From NCBI RefSeq assembly GCF_963921235.1, contig NC_086121.1:20894001-20958000 (forward strand): a stretch of DNA of 64,000 nt. Direction: 5' to 3'. A program made the translations under genes and the position numbers. This DNA comes from Mobula hypostoma. Its lineage: Eukaryota. This document shows, in pieces, positions 1 to 12,315 of the stretch (the stretch's first letter is position 1; each line of letters opens with the position of its first letter). The notes below the pieces were generated by a model, which saw nothing but the letters and a program-made list of their open reading frames with translations, did no database searches and was not told the origin of the DNA.

Positions 1-540
1 TTCCAGAATGATATCACGGAACATGACAAACCGACTTTTAAAACTTAACAAAAAAACCACATAATTATAACATATAGTTACAACAGTGCAAACAATACCC
101 TAATTTGATAAGAACAGACCATGGCATGGTAATAGTCTCAAAGTCTCTCGAAAGTCCCATCATCTCACGCAGACGGTAAACCTCCAGCGCCGCCAACGTG
201 CTGATGCAGCATCCAACCACAGTCCGACTCCGAGTCTGTCTGAAAACTGAGCCTCCGACCACCTCTCCACCACTGAGCACCATCTCTGCTGAGCGTTCCG
301 ACCCCGGCCCCGGCAACAGGCAAAGCCGACGATTTAGGGCCTTTGTCTCCGGAGATTCTCGATCGCGCAGTAGCAGCGGCAGCGAAGCTGGCATTTCAGA
401 AGTTACTCCAGGTGTTTCTCCACGCTTTTCACGGCTGTCTCCATCAAATCCAGATTGTGCACGGCCCCCTAGTTACATATAATCAATATCATTCGGAATG
501 GCCGCGTGTGCTGTGTCGCATCGCCATCTTCTCCTCCCTC
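1..540 (-). mobile_element. Non-autonomous retroelement (copy A, truncated by window edge)
   Basis: Homologous along its length to 40790-41449; 5' end GGAGAAGATGGCGATGC. Confidence 0.75.
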
Positions 541-545
541 CCTTA

Positions 546-1035
546 GACAGGGGTGGTGATGGGGACCAGCTCCCACTACCTAATAAATGGTCCCAATGGC
601 GTGCGTCTCAAATAGCCTCTGACAACGAGTCCAGCTCCTTATGTGGCTTAGGTTTTTATCTGGATGCTCCAGAAGGGGCAAAGGCAGGTGACTGGCACTT
701 TAAAATCGGTTGCTTTGGGCAGATGGAGCTAGTCAGCTTATCTAGGAGCAGGAAAACTGGTCTCAAACCTCTGCTGCCTTGCGGCTGTACCCACCCATGG
801 GGAAATGCTTTGGGAGTAAACACTGAGGGGAAAAATCTGGAGCTGAACTCTCTAAGGTCCTATGTTGAGTTCAAAACTGAATGGCCACTGGTGCCGAACT
901 GCCGTTCCTATGGATTCATCAGCTGCATGGAGTGGGGAAACCTGTAGCTTGCTCTCCATATTGTACTGCCTGAGTGGGTGTATTACGTAGGACACAATGT
1001 CCATGGTCAACCCTGACCAACAGAGGGCCTCATAA
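546..1035 (+). repeat. Probable interspersed repeat, family not assigned (possibly RTE-related SINE)
   Basis: GC-richer non-coding block with a retroelement 5'-UTR-like character; no second copy in the window. Confidence 0.3.
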
Positions 1036-1494
1036 TAGACTGGAGAAGGATTTGACTATCAAAAGAGAAGTGCAGATTGACTCAAGGTTATGATGCAGGA
1101 TTTTAAACCGAAATAACTCCTTGTCTCCCACTAATGCTACATTACCCACTGAGTTCTTCCAGCATAGAATTGTCCAGCGATACAGCATGAAAACAGGCCC
1201 TTCAGCCCAACTTCTTCATGGTGACCAACCCGCCTAACTGATCTAGTCCTGTTTGTATCTGTCCAAGTGTCTTTTAAGCCTTGTAATTGTAATAAAGCTT
1301 TAACTTTTTCTATTTCCTTTGTTCCATATATGCAACAACTACTTTGAGGGGGAAAAAGTTGTCCCTTGGTCCTTTTAAAACTTTTTGTTGTCTTAACTTT
1401 AAACCTGTGCCCTCTAGATTTACTCTTATGGGGGGCGGGGCTGCTACATCACCTTATGTTCCTCATGATTTTATGAACCTCAATTAGGTTTAGT

Positions 1495-2830
1495 AGGGAA
1501 TAAAGGGGGCCTTTTCTGGTTGGCTGCTGGTGACTAATGGTGTTCTGCAGGGGTTGGTGTTTCATTTCACGTTATATTGTATGTCTGTGATTTGGATGAC
1601 AGAATTGATGGTTTCATGGCTAGATTTGTTCAAAAAGATTAGGTGGAGGGCAAGTAGTGTTGAGAAAACGAGTCTGCAGAAGGGCTTTGATTAGTCCAAT
1701 GGGCAAAAAAGCGGCAGATGGAATACAGTGGAGGGAAGTGTTAGTTATGCACTTTGGTAGAGGGAATAAAGGCATAGACCATGTTCAAAACGGGGAGCAA
1801 ATTCAAAAATCAGAAGTACAAAGGGATTTGGGACACCTCATGATGGATTCCCTAAAGGTTAACTTGTAGGTTGAGTCGATAAGGAAGGCAAATGCAATGT
1901 TAACTTTCATTTTGAGAGGTTTAGAATATAAAAGTGAGGATGTAATACTGAGGCTTTTTTTAAAATTAAGTGCAATCGTGAACAATAGCCAGATCAGAAA
2001 TGCTGATCAAGTCAACTAGTTCCCAAAGAGAACTCTGATCGGCCAATCAGATGGTTCACTGCTGCTCAGCAATAGAACACAAAAAAATCATGTGCACAAT
2101 TAAGAAACATTTAAAAAAAATAGTAAAAATACTGGAGTCATGATCATAATGAAGTCTTCTGGAGAGAGACATTTATACACATGCTGTCCTCCATAATTCA
2201 AAGAGATTGAAGGATAAGGTTGCAGGGTGACAAAATGTGGCAGGAGCACTTGGAACTGAAAACTAATCCCTATCGGGCTTTGTAAGGCATTGATCAGACT
2301 GTACTTGCTGGAGTATTGTGAGCAATTTAGGGCCTCTTATCTAAGAAGGTGCTGGATTTGGAGAGCACTCAGAGGAGGCTCAGGAGAATGATCCCAGGAA
2401 TTAAAGGGTTAATGCATGAGGAGCTCTTGATGCCTCTGGGCCTGTATTCTCTGGAGTTCAGAAGACATATGGGAGACTTACTGAAATCTATGGATAGGCT
2501 AGATGTGGATGTGGAGAGGATGTTTCCTGTAGTGGGTGTGTCTGGAACCAGAGATCACAGCCTCAGAATAAGACGCCCCCTTAGAACAGAAATAAGGAGG
2601 AATTTCTTAAGTGTGGTGGATCTGTGGATTTCATTGCCCCAGATGATTGTGTAACGCCAAATTACTGGCTATATTTAAAGCGGAGGTTGATAATTTCTTG
2701 ATAAATGTCAAAGGTTGTGGAGAGAAGGTGGGAGAATAGAGTTGAGAAGGATATTAAATCAACTATGATGTAACGGTGGAGCAGACTCTATTTCTGCACT
2801 TATCCTACAAACGTATATCTTAAGGTCTTA
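1495..2830 (+). mobile_element. CR1-type LINE 3' fragment (degenerate), interrupted by an insert at 1958-2275
   Basis: RT C-terminal motifs (MHFGRGN, LGLYSLEFRR, FPVVGVSGTRDHSLRI) and CR1 3' UTR. Confidence 0.85.
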
Positions 2831-2854
2831 TAGTTGCTGATTTTTGCCAAAAAT

Positions 2855-3660
2855 TGCAGATATTGGAAATATGAAACAAAAATAACATATTGGAAAGACT
2901 TAACAGATCAGACAGCATCTATAGAAAAAGAAACAGTTCCTGTTTCGGCTCATATGCCATGAAAGTAAGAAAATAAATTGGTTTGAAGTTTCCAAGAGAG
3001 CGAGAGAGGGATGGATAGATAGGATATACATTTCTAGGACAACTCTAAGGTGATTTTACTCTTATTAAAGTGGCACTGGAAACGGAATGATGAGGGCAGT
3101 TACTTTACAACAAAGGGGAAATGATTAAGCTGTGAAATGCAGGTCAGGGCTATTGTTGAATCTTAAAACCAAAATGAGATTGCTGGCAATGCCTAGCAGA
3201 TCAGTTGTGTCTTTGGAGAGAAAAGGAATAGTTACTTTCAGATTGGATAACCTCACCGCAGAATTGGCCAGTTATGATATTAACAAAGAGGAAATGATCT
3301 GAAATTGTTGAGTTCAGTATCGAATTCTGAAAGCTACAGTGTGCCCACATGGAAGATGAGGCACAATTCCTCAACTTTGCTTGTGCTGGCTAATGGTGCA
3401 ACAGACTACAGATGGAACCAAGACTGAAAATTGAAAAGTCGTGCAAAGGGAAGCTCAAGGTTGCTCCTGTGGAGTAAATGCTCTGTAAAAAGTACACAAT
3501 TTGCATTAGATTTCTCCTCTGAAGATCCCATCATGAGCACACATGGAAGAGAAATGAGTGAATAGCTGTTGCACATGAAGGGATGAGGAAAAACAGTCCC
3601 CTTGGAATGCTGATGGAGGATGGTGGCATTGTACAGAAGGAAATTGCAAAGAATGATCTG
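2855..3660 (-). mobile_element. Old degenerate Penelope-like fragments
   Basis: tgcagatattggaaat...cagcatct terminus and GIY-YIG C-terminal-like sequence resembling 9186-9950. Confidence 0.5.
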
Positions 3661-3717
3661 ATGAATGTGTAGGTTGCTCTGGAGAAACAGTGATTAACAC
3701 CTTATGCTCATGATTGA

Positions 3718-3957
<240 letters not shown>

Positions 3958-4818
3958 ATCAGACTTCTCCAGTAGCTCTTACACTATACATGGGGCTGAA
4001 TCTACAAGCTGAAAGTTATGAGATTACTTACCTAGGTTTTAATTTGGAAGGTGACTGGTGAACCCCTCAGTGCTGCAAGCTAGAATTCCCCAGCCCTCAC
4101 AGTTGCAGGAGGCCCTGATTGGTGATAAATCAGTCCCAGCATACCAGAACCACTGAGTGACAGACAGCCTCCGAGGGAGACTGGGGAAAGAATAGTTTCT
4201 GGCATTGTCAGGGTATCCAGGGATGGTGGTAGTGCTGAGTGAATTTTGTGCACATTATATGCCCATAGTATTCTTTATGAAAAATACTTGCCTAGATTTT
4301 TGGTAAGGACGATCTCCTTAATATTTTTAATTTTGTCATATTTCTATTTCCAGCTGACAGCATGGAAATCATGATTATTTTTTGTCAAAAGAGATCATAC
4401 CATTGATGCAGGCAAAAGTGCTGAGTCAGGTGGCATCCCTTACTTATTTATGAATGTATAATCTGCCAGTCATCTTACTAAGCCTGAGTTGTAACATAGC
4501 AGAGCAGATAATTTGGCCACTAATTCAATTAGGGAAGAAAAGGTCAAATATATAATCCAGTATAGGGAATTGCTTCCAGAGGCTAACTGTAGGTTACGTC
4601 ACATGAATAGGGGTGAAATGCAGCAGGAAATTGATGTTCAGCTATCTTGACATTCAGCAAACTTGCTGGATGTCACAGCACTGCTTTGAAAAATGGATGA
4701 CTGAATGGTAACAACCTGAGTTCCAGCATTTTGTATGCTGGTTTCCAGCTTTTGCAGTCTCTCCTGTGTCTACATGTAGAGTCAAAATTATTAGGAACAC
4801 AAAGTTATGTTTGCATTG

Positions 4819-4824
4819 AATAAA
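4819..4824 (+). terminator. Candidate polyadenylation signal for AKR7A
   Basis: AATAAA about 860 nt after the stop codon, followed by U-rich sequence. Confidence 0.5.
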
Positions 4825-5647
4825 AAAAACTTGATTCACTTTGTGCATTTAATGTAATTGCTTAATTTCTTATTTTGGGGATCCATACGCAGATGTATTG
4901 AGTATCAATTTTTTAACAGCCATAGATTGTTCAGATTAAAAGTTCAGCCACAATATACTACTACTTTCCTAACAGCATCTCAAACACTGTTGAAGGCTGG
5001 TCAGGTAAACTGCATAATTGCTACTTACATTTACATGGGATCTCAATTGTTAATGACAAATAGTGCATGTCATATGCACATAATAGAAAATGGCTAAACC
5101 ATAGCTTAATCATTTCAGAAATTCAAGGGTTCAGAATTTATGCACCATCATAACTGGCTTTATTTTTTTTTATACCAAAACGGCACTTTGCTTTTGTACC
5201 TGGAGCATTGTACTGTTACAGGAGCTATCTGGTGGTCCACTGTTACAAACAGATATTAAAAAATCCAGGGGTTCTGACTGATAGCATTTAAAGATAAGTC
5301 TGCATTTTGCTTCCCCATCTCGGTATCTCATTGTCCATATTAGCCACCTCTTACAACTGTGACTGCATTTCAAAACCATGAGGTGCAAAGTCCTCTGTTG
5401 CATCAAAGGGTTTTCCTTTAATTACTGACATGTTTTTATTAATGTTGCATTTCCCTGGATGTTGGTATAAGAGTCAATTCACCACTTGGTGAGACTTGAC
5501 TAAAGGGCCATCATGGTTCACACATTTATTTAAAAAGCTGCACTGAAGTTGGTTTCTGCAAATGTAACAATTCACCTCTCATTCAATCCATTGCTTAGTC
5601 AGTTTCACACAGATGTCAAGCACAGGACAAAGCCCTCGAACTCCTTG

Positions 5648-5782
5648 CTAGTCATCCGTCACTGCCATATCTTTGCTTTTTCCAACATCAATGGCTCCCA
5701 GTTTTTCAAATTCACCAGTTTCAGAGTTCCATAGACAGTTCATTGTCACTTTGAAGGTGGCCATCTCAATACCAAATAGTTT
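5648..5782 (-). CDS. MRTO4: MRTO4 (mRNA turnover 4 homolog, 60S biogenesis factor) exon 8, last
   Basis: ccag acceptor; KLFGIEMATFKVTMNCLWNSETGEFEKLGAIDVGKSKDMAVTDD-TAG. Confidence 0.93.
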   Translation of the reverse strand, partial: KLFGIEMATFKVTMNCLWNSETGEFEKLGAIDVGKSKDMAVTDD

Positions 5783-6087
5783 CTGGAAAACAACCAAGTG
5801 ATCAGTGTAAACATCTTAGGAGACTTTCCATATACTTTATTCCACAGGAGATTATGTGAGCGCTCTGTATTTGGAAATGCCCTATATGTGGAGATAAGTT
5901 TCTCCACATATTAGTATTCTGTCTCAGTGTGAGGTGGAGATTCTAAATGTGTTGGTAAATGAAGACAATGCCTTAATTTAAACCAGAAAATTAAATTAAT
6001 TGTTCCTCCGGTTCTTGTACTCATTTTTTGACCTCCGTCCAAGGAAATAACAAAAATTAAAGGCATGCTTTGAAACAAAATACTAAC

Positions 6088-6164
6088 CAGAAGGCGCGCC
6101 TGTTCAGCTGTCAGAGTGGCTCCCTCTTTACATACTTCGTAATCACTCAACAGTGTCACGACAC
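6088..6164 (-). CDS. MRTO4: MRTO4 exon 7
   Basis: (G)VVTLLSDYEVCKEGATLTAEQARLL; AG/GT bounded, 77 nt. Confidence 0.95.
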
Positions 6165-6273
6165 CTAGAAGACAAATTGTATGAATAATTACTGTTGGAA
6201 TTTAGCTTTCAAGTTTTCTTATCTGCTGCTCTTATCATATCTTACGCAGAATCTATGTTAACCATTACTGTAC

Positions 6274-6425
6274 CTTTCTTCAGTGCGGTTGGTAACCCGA
6301 GTTGCCGCAGCTGTGGCTCCATGGAGTGTGTGAACTGTGGCAACGGCCCAGCATCGAGTGTAACGGCCATTGTAGCTTTGTTCCCGGACCGTGCAAAATC
6401 AGACTCTGTGTACTGATCAAACCAC
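6274..6425 (-). CDS. MRTO4: MRTO4 exon 6
   Basis: [50 protein letters not shown]; 152 nt, AG/GT. Confidence 0.96.
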
Positions 6426-6535
6426 CTGGTGATCAAGACGTGAATAGAGATGTGTTGGACAACTCATCAGAAGTATGGTAAAAGAACAGGAGCAGAATAC
6501 TAGTCAGAGAAAGCAATTAAAGTTGTGAGACTCAC

Positions 6536-6603
6536 TCAATCACCTCTGCCTTTGTGCGGTTGGTGAACAGGAGACCAACTTCACCTTGCAAATGTTCACT
6601 GAC
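6536..6603 (-). CDS. MRTO4: MRTO4 exon 5
   Basis: VSEHLQGEVGLLFTNRTKAEVI(E); 68 nt, AG/GTGAGT. Confidence 0.95.
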
Positions 6604-6796
6604 CTTCAAAGATAAGTTTTAGGAGATTGTTAAACATTGTTGATGCTCTAAACATTGAAAAGGCCATGGAGAAATAAGGCAAGGTAAAGTTTTCTTGGTA
6701 ACAATTGACATTTAAAAAAAAATCTCATAAACCTAAAAGCTTTATCCTCTGTGCTGCTAAAGTATACAGTTACACAGCCAGTCATCAAGAACTCAC

Positions 6797-6878
6797 CTTG
6801 TGCAAACCATCCTTGTATTCATCTGCCGGTCCTTTTCCCAGAGCCACCATCATCACTTTATTTTTACCAAAGAAGAAC
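6797..6878 (-). CDS. MRTO4: MRTO4 exon 4
   Basis: [27 protein letters not shown]; 82 nt, AG/GTGAGT. Confidence 0.96.
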
Positions 6879-7969
6879 CTACACAAGTACAGTATAAAAT
6901 AGTTAAGACATTTTCTATATTAGGGTTAGTTGGCATAAATTAGAAACCACATTACCATAGAGTTGACAAGGAGACCTCCTAGAAGAATGTCTGATCTGGA
7001 CCCTTGGATTTTCAACATAAAAATAAAAAATTAGAAAGCTATGCATGTTAATTTACTGACAATGAGTTTGGTGGCTCAGGAAAGAAGTTACAGACAATAA
7101 TATAAAGTAAATGGCCGGACTAAATGAGCAAATAGTATTAATTGCGAGGTCTGCGTTAATCAGATTAGAGTATTTTTTCCTCTTGTGAGAAACCAGGAAT
7201 TAAAGAGGGACAGAGATTTTGAAAATAGACTGATATCTACCAAAGTTTATGGATCCAAGGTAAATAAATAAAATCAAGCATATAACTTATATGAGGGGCA
7301 TTAACAGCATAGCATGCCAGTGCAGAGTTAACACTGACGTTCAGCCACACAAGGCGCCTCAGGGTAAACAACTAAATTGTTAGACAACATGGAAGAAGGC
7401 TATTTGCCCTCATCAAATACTGAATGTCACACCAGAAATGTAAAACATTGGAAGGACAAAGGGAGATGATGGTGAGGTGGAGCAGTGACACCTGCATACA
7501 GTTGGAGCCCATTTTGCCCAGAACTCCTTGTACAAATTATTCTGATCTGTACCCAAACACAAAATGACATTGTTTTTGATTATATTGCTAAGGAATATTG
7601 TGAAGGAAAAATTTGGGGTGTGAGTCGAAGGTAGATCCTGGGAAGGCACTGGAAACAAAGTCATTATGATGAATCTGGTTACAATTAGATTAAAAAAAAA
7701 CAAAACAGAAGATGATGGACTGAAAACTTGGCACTTTAAGGAGTTTGGGAGGGTGAGGTGATCAACAAAGCCTAATCGTACAGAATTCTGTGCAGGTATC
7801 ACATTTGTGGTTCAATAACAGGACATTTTAAGGATCGGATAAGAGCTGTTCTGGTACAGATCAGAATAACTCAAAGAAGGAGTTTTGGCAAGATAGCATA
7901 GATCAGTTCCAGTTTAATTGAATGGCCAAATACGTTCAAGGGGGTGGAAAAGCTCACCCAAGTTAATGA

Positions 7970-8110
7970 CACTGTGGGCTTCCTCCAAGTGCTCCCGTTT
8001 CCTCTCACGTTTCAAAGATAAGATGAATAGGTTAATTGGTCACATGTAATTGGGCGGCATAGGCTCATTGGGCTGGAAGGGCCTTTTACTATGCTGTATC
8101 TCAAAATAAA
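7970..8110 (+). mobile_element. V-SINE (HE1-like) 3' fragment
   Basis: V-domain gtgggcttcctccaagtgctcccgtttcctc and CR1-like tail gggctggaagggcc..tgctgtatctcaaaataaa. Confidence 0.65.
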
Positions 8111-8224
8111 TAGATTCTCTTCTACACAAGTAAATCTACCTCAGCTGTTCTGGATCTCTTGTTAAGATATTTGGAGAAGGAAGTTAACCATCAGTAATTT
8201 AAGGAACAATATCAAGTGACTCAC

Positions 8225-8328
8225 CGGCTGTGTTTCCAGGCACACCGCATGTCCTTCAATTTGTTATTTCTCATGTTCTCGATGGAAAAGACAAAGAGAT
8301 TTGTGTAGATGTCCACACATTTTCGCAA
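8225..8328 (-). CDS. MRTO4: MRTO4 exon 3
   Basis: [34 protein letters not shown](R); 104 nt. Confidence 0.96.
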
Positions 8329-9284
8329 CTTAAAAAGAGAAAATTGTCAACATACATCAGTCACAGGAAAGCAAACTGTCTCTACCGGCAGCTTTTCCAG
8401 ATTTTGCATCAAACACTTAAGGAACCATTAAACCCGAAAGACAGATAATAGCAACTTACATTTATGAATGTTGTATTTCTAAAATTTTGCTGAGATCCAG
8501 TTAGTGTAGTGTGCTCGTTTTATGAGGCTTTTTGTATTATAACAAATATTATTTAACCTCAGTAATAGGAATAATGGACATGAGATTCAGTACGGGAGGA
8601 ATTATTATATTTCTTTTGTGAAATACTTTGAAAGGCTACATTATCTACATGTTTGTTAGTTTATTTTAAGATTAACTGTTCAGAAACCAACGTTTTATTG
8701 AGATCATTGTATTCATGCATTTTTAATCTTTTAGGTTTCTGTTAACCAAGTTTTTTTTGAACCGGTTTCCTTTACAGAAAAAAACCATTTTCCATTAGTT
8801 TCAATGTACAAATTTTAACAAAACAACAATGCAATGTAATTCCTGCATAAATTTTGAAACAGCTATGATGTGATTTTAATGAACAAACCTGTCCAAAACA
8901 CCTCATAGGAATAAAAAAAAACTTCATGGAAAGTTATGAAGCAAAAGTTTGGATTAAGTTTAGAGGGGGACCTTATAAGTGTTAGAAGAAGTAGTTCTAA
9001 ATAAATGAAAGAATCAGAAGCTGGGAGCACTAAGGACACGGAGGGATTAGAATAGCAACATGACAAACCAAAGCTTGAGAAATTTCCTTTTCAGAAACTA
9101 ATGAATGGGAAGGACTTGATGACATTTGGGATAGGAAAAGGATTTATGACAGCTTAGCTTGTAAAGCAAATCGCCCATTTGAAGACAAACAACAGGAATT
9201 CTGCAGATGCTGGAAATTCAAGCAACACACATCAAAGTTGCTGGTGAACGCAGCAGGCCAGGCAGCATCTCTAGGAAGAGGCGC

Positions 9285-9320
9285 AGTCGACGTTTCAGGC
9301 CGAGACCCTTCGTCAGGACT
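9285..9320 (-). ncRNA. Minimal type I hammerhead ribozyme motif (PLE pLTR); sense to MRTO4 intron 2
   Basis: AGUC-CUGACGA-AGGGUCUCGGCCU-GAAAC-GUC-GACU. Confidence 0.75.
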
Positions 9321-10916
9321 AACTGAAGGAAGAGTGAGTAAGGGATTTGAAAGCTGGAGGGGGAGGGGGAGATGCAAAATGATAGGAGAAGACAGGAGGG
9401 GGAGGGATGGAGCCGAGAGCTGGACAGGTGATAGGCAGAAGGGGATACGAGAGGATCATGGGACAGGAGGTCCGGGAAGAAAGACGGGGGGGGGGGGTGA
9501 CCCAGAGGATGGGCAAGAGGTATATTCAGAGGGACAGAGGGAGAAAAAGGAGAGTGAGAGAAAGAATGTGTGCATAAAAAAGAGTAACAGATGGGGTACG
9601 AGGGGGAGGTGGGGCCTAGCGGAAGTTAGAGAAGTCAATGTTCATGCCATCAGGTTGGAGGCTACCCATACGGAATATAAGGTGTTGTTCCTCCAACCTG
9701 AGTGTGGCTTCATCTTTACAGTAGAGGAGGCCGTGGATAGACATGTCAGAATGGGAATGGGATGTGGAATTAAAATGTGTGGCCATTGGGAGATCCTGCT
9801 TTCTCTGGCGGACAGAGCGTAGATGTTCAGCAAAGCGTTCTCCCAGTCTGCGTCGGGTCTCACCAATATATAAAAGGCCACATCGGGAGCACCGGACGCA
9901 GTATATCACCCCAGTCGACTCACAGGTGAAGTGATGCCTCACCTGGAAGGACTGTTTGGGGCCCTGAATGGTGGTAAGGGAGGAAGTGTAAGGGCATGTG
10001 TAGCACTTGTTCCGCTTACACGGATAAGTGCCAGGAGGGAGATCAGTGGGGAGGGATGGGGGGGACGAATGGACAAGGGAGTTGTGTAGGGAGCGATCCC
10101 TGCGGAATGCAGAGAGGGGGGGGGAAGGGAAAGATATGCTTAGTGGTGGGATCCCGTTGGAGGTGGCGGAAGTTACGGAGAATAATATGTTGGACCCGGA
10201 GGCTGGTGGGGTGGTAGGTGAGGACCAGGGGAACCCTATTCCTAGTGGGGTGGTGGGAAGATGGAGTGAGAGCAGATGTACGTGAAATGGGGGAGATGCG
10301 TTTAAGAGCAGAGTTGATAGTGGAGGAAGGGAAGCCCCTTTCTTTAAAAAATGAAGACATCTCCCTCGTCCTAGAATGAAAAGCCTCATCCTGAGAGCAG
10401 ATGCGGCGGAGACGGAGGAATTGCGAGAAGGGGATGGCGTTTTTGCAAGAGACAGGGTGAGAAGAGGAATAGTCCAGATAGCTGTGAGAGTCAGTAGGCT
10501 TATAGTAGACATCAGTGGATAAGCTGTCTCCAGAGACAGAAAGATCTAGAAAGGGGAGGGAGGTGTCGGAAATGGACCAGGTAAACTTGAGGGCAGGGTG
10601 AAAGTTGGAGGCAAAGTTAATAAAGTCAACGAGTTCTGCATGCGTGCAGGAAGCAGCGCCAATGCAGTCGTCGATGTAGCGAAGGAAAAGTGGGGGACAG
10701 ATACCAGAATAGGCACGGAACATAGATTGTTCCACAAACCCAATAAAAAGGCAGGCATAGCTAGGACCTCCTGTCCCATGATCCTCTCGTATCCCCTTCT
10801 GCCTATCACCTGTCCAGCTCTCGGCTCCATCCCTCCCCCTCCTGTCTTCTCCTATCATTTTGCATCTCCCCCTCCCCCTCCAGCTTTCAAATCCCTTACT
10901 CACTCTTCCTTCAGTT

Positions 10917-10952
10917 AGTCCTGACGAAGGGTCTCGGCCTGAAACGTCGACT
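10917..10952 (+). ncRNA. Minimal hammerhead motif, inverted pLTR copy
   Basis: Same motif as 9285-9320 on the opposite strand. Confidence 0.7.
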
Positions 10953-11011
10953 GCGCCTCTTCCTAGAGATGCTGCCTGGCCTGCTGCGTTCACCAGCAAC
11001 TTTGATGTGTG

Positions 11012-11580
11012 TCGCCCATTTGAAGATGCAGTTCACCCATGCCTTCATCACAGTCCTCAACATTTCGACATCCCCAACACCTGTGTGAGGATCTTGTTTG
11101 TGGATTTTAGCTCTGCTTTAACACTATTGTTCAGCAGTTGTTCCACGGAAAGCTAACCCAGCTACCTGTACCCTACAGTATCTATCAGTGGATTATGAAC
11201 TTCCTGACAGGAAGGAAGCAGTATTTAAGGTTGGGCTCCCACTTGTCCGATCTAATGTCGATAAGCTTAGGCTCACTCAGGCGTAACACCCTGTCTCCGC
11301 ACAACATCCGTTAAATGTCTACTTTGCTCTTCTTGTTCTGATGATAAGTACTGAGTCTGTTTATATGTTCACACTTAAATATTTAAATCTGATTATTGAC
11401 ATTTGCATGTGTGACCGGTTTGTTAATTGTTGACTGCTCATGGCTGTTTGCACTATTGTAAGTCTTGGTTGCAATTGTGTTGTCTGTAATGGTATTGTCC
11501 CGCATTTTACACGTGGCACTGAACCACAGTCAATTCTGGTATGTTTCACACACTGGCAAGGATGAGATTGTGATTCAAAC
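11012..11580 (+). mobile_element. Old Rex1/Babar LINE RT fragment (target of the Penelope insertion)
   Basis: ANR|PFEDAV..LHH..QHFD..TCVRILFVDFSSA, continuous across the TSD from ~9160. Confidence 0.75.
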
Positions 11581-11889
11581 ACTTTTTTGATCACCTCATG
11601 GTAGATTTCAGCATCTTTCTACCTCTGGCATTAGGGTAAGCGTTCAGGAGGTCCCCATTTTCTCTCCGCCTCCGTTCTAATGGGCTCACCTTTGCAATCA
11701 TCCAATCCACTGCAACAATTACGAAATCTACAGAATAATACCATCACTCAGATTAGCTTTGTGTTCATGATATCGAGTAAGACTCAATGTCTAAACTGCA
11801 AGTGAGAATGCAAGGACTTTGTTGGCTGCAAGTGCATTACAAATGAGGTGGAAATGACAATGTGTCAAACTGATGGTGGAACATTGAGA

Positions 11890-12315
11890 AAATGAGTGAT
11901 CTGGGACAGAAAGGGTCAGAAGCATTTGATGGCTGGAGTTTAGAAAATGATGGGGATCTCTCTGAAACCTACTGACTAGTGAAAGGCCTAGAAAGAGTGG
12001 ATGTGGAGAGGATTTTTCCAATAGTGGGGGAAGTCTAGGACCAGAGGGGACAGCCTCAGGGTACAAGGGGATCCATTTAGAACAGAAATAAGGAGGAATT
12101 TCTTTAGTCAGAAGGTGGTAAGTCTGTGGAACTGATTGCCACAGACAGCTGTGTAGGCCAACTCATTGAGTATATTTAAAGTGGAGGATATTACTAATGG
12201 TGTCAAAGGTTATAGGGAGAAGACAAGGGAATAGGATTAATAAAGAGAATAAACCAGCAATGATTGAATTATGGAGTCGATGGGCTGAATGGCCAATTTC
12301 CCCTCTCATGTCTAA
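11890..12315 (+). mobile_element. CR1 LINE 3' end
   Basis: ctggagtttagaa..gtctaggaccagagggg..aggaggaatttcttt..gggctgaatggcc 3' UTR. Confidence 0.8.

Larger units (their letters stand above)
9186..11011 (-). mobile_element. Young 5'-truncated Penelope-like retroelement (RT C-half + GIY-YIG endonuclease) with inverted pseudo-LTR
   Basis: RT motif FLRYIDD, PFLDL, YYKPT; GIY-YIG GVIYCVRCSRCGLLYIGETRR; arms 9226-9473 and 10764-11011 are reverse complements; 15-bp TSD tcgcccatttgaaga at 9171-9185 and 11012-11026. Confidence 0.95.

Noticed and set aside
3958-5647. Overlapping convergent 3' UTRs of AKR7A and MRTO4
   Set aside because: Candidate poly(A) signals (4819 on +; 5159, 5435, 5525 on -) do not require overlap
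5579-5650. Stop-codon readthrough of MRTO4 (TAG CAA, 22 further open codons)
   Set aside because: Context TAG-CAA-GGA does not match the CARYYA or CUAG readthrough motifs; no conservation evidence
9238-9822. MLVNAAGQAASLGRG.. ORF family repeated at 9238, 12763 and 63178
   Set aside because: Antisense translation of the Penelope pLTR, not a gene family
10043-10999. 318-aa ORF as a novel chimeric protein
   Set aside because: Its N-terminal ~80 aa are read from the inverted pLTR fused by chance to the truncated Penelope RT, and it starts at a non-ATG codon
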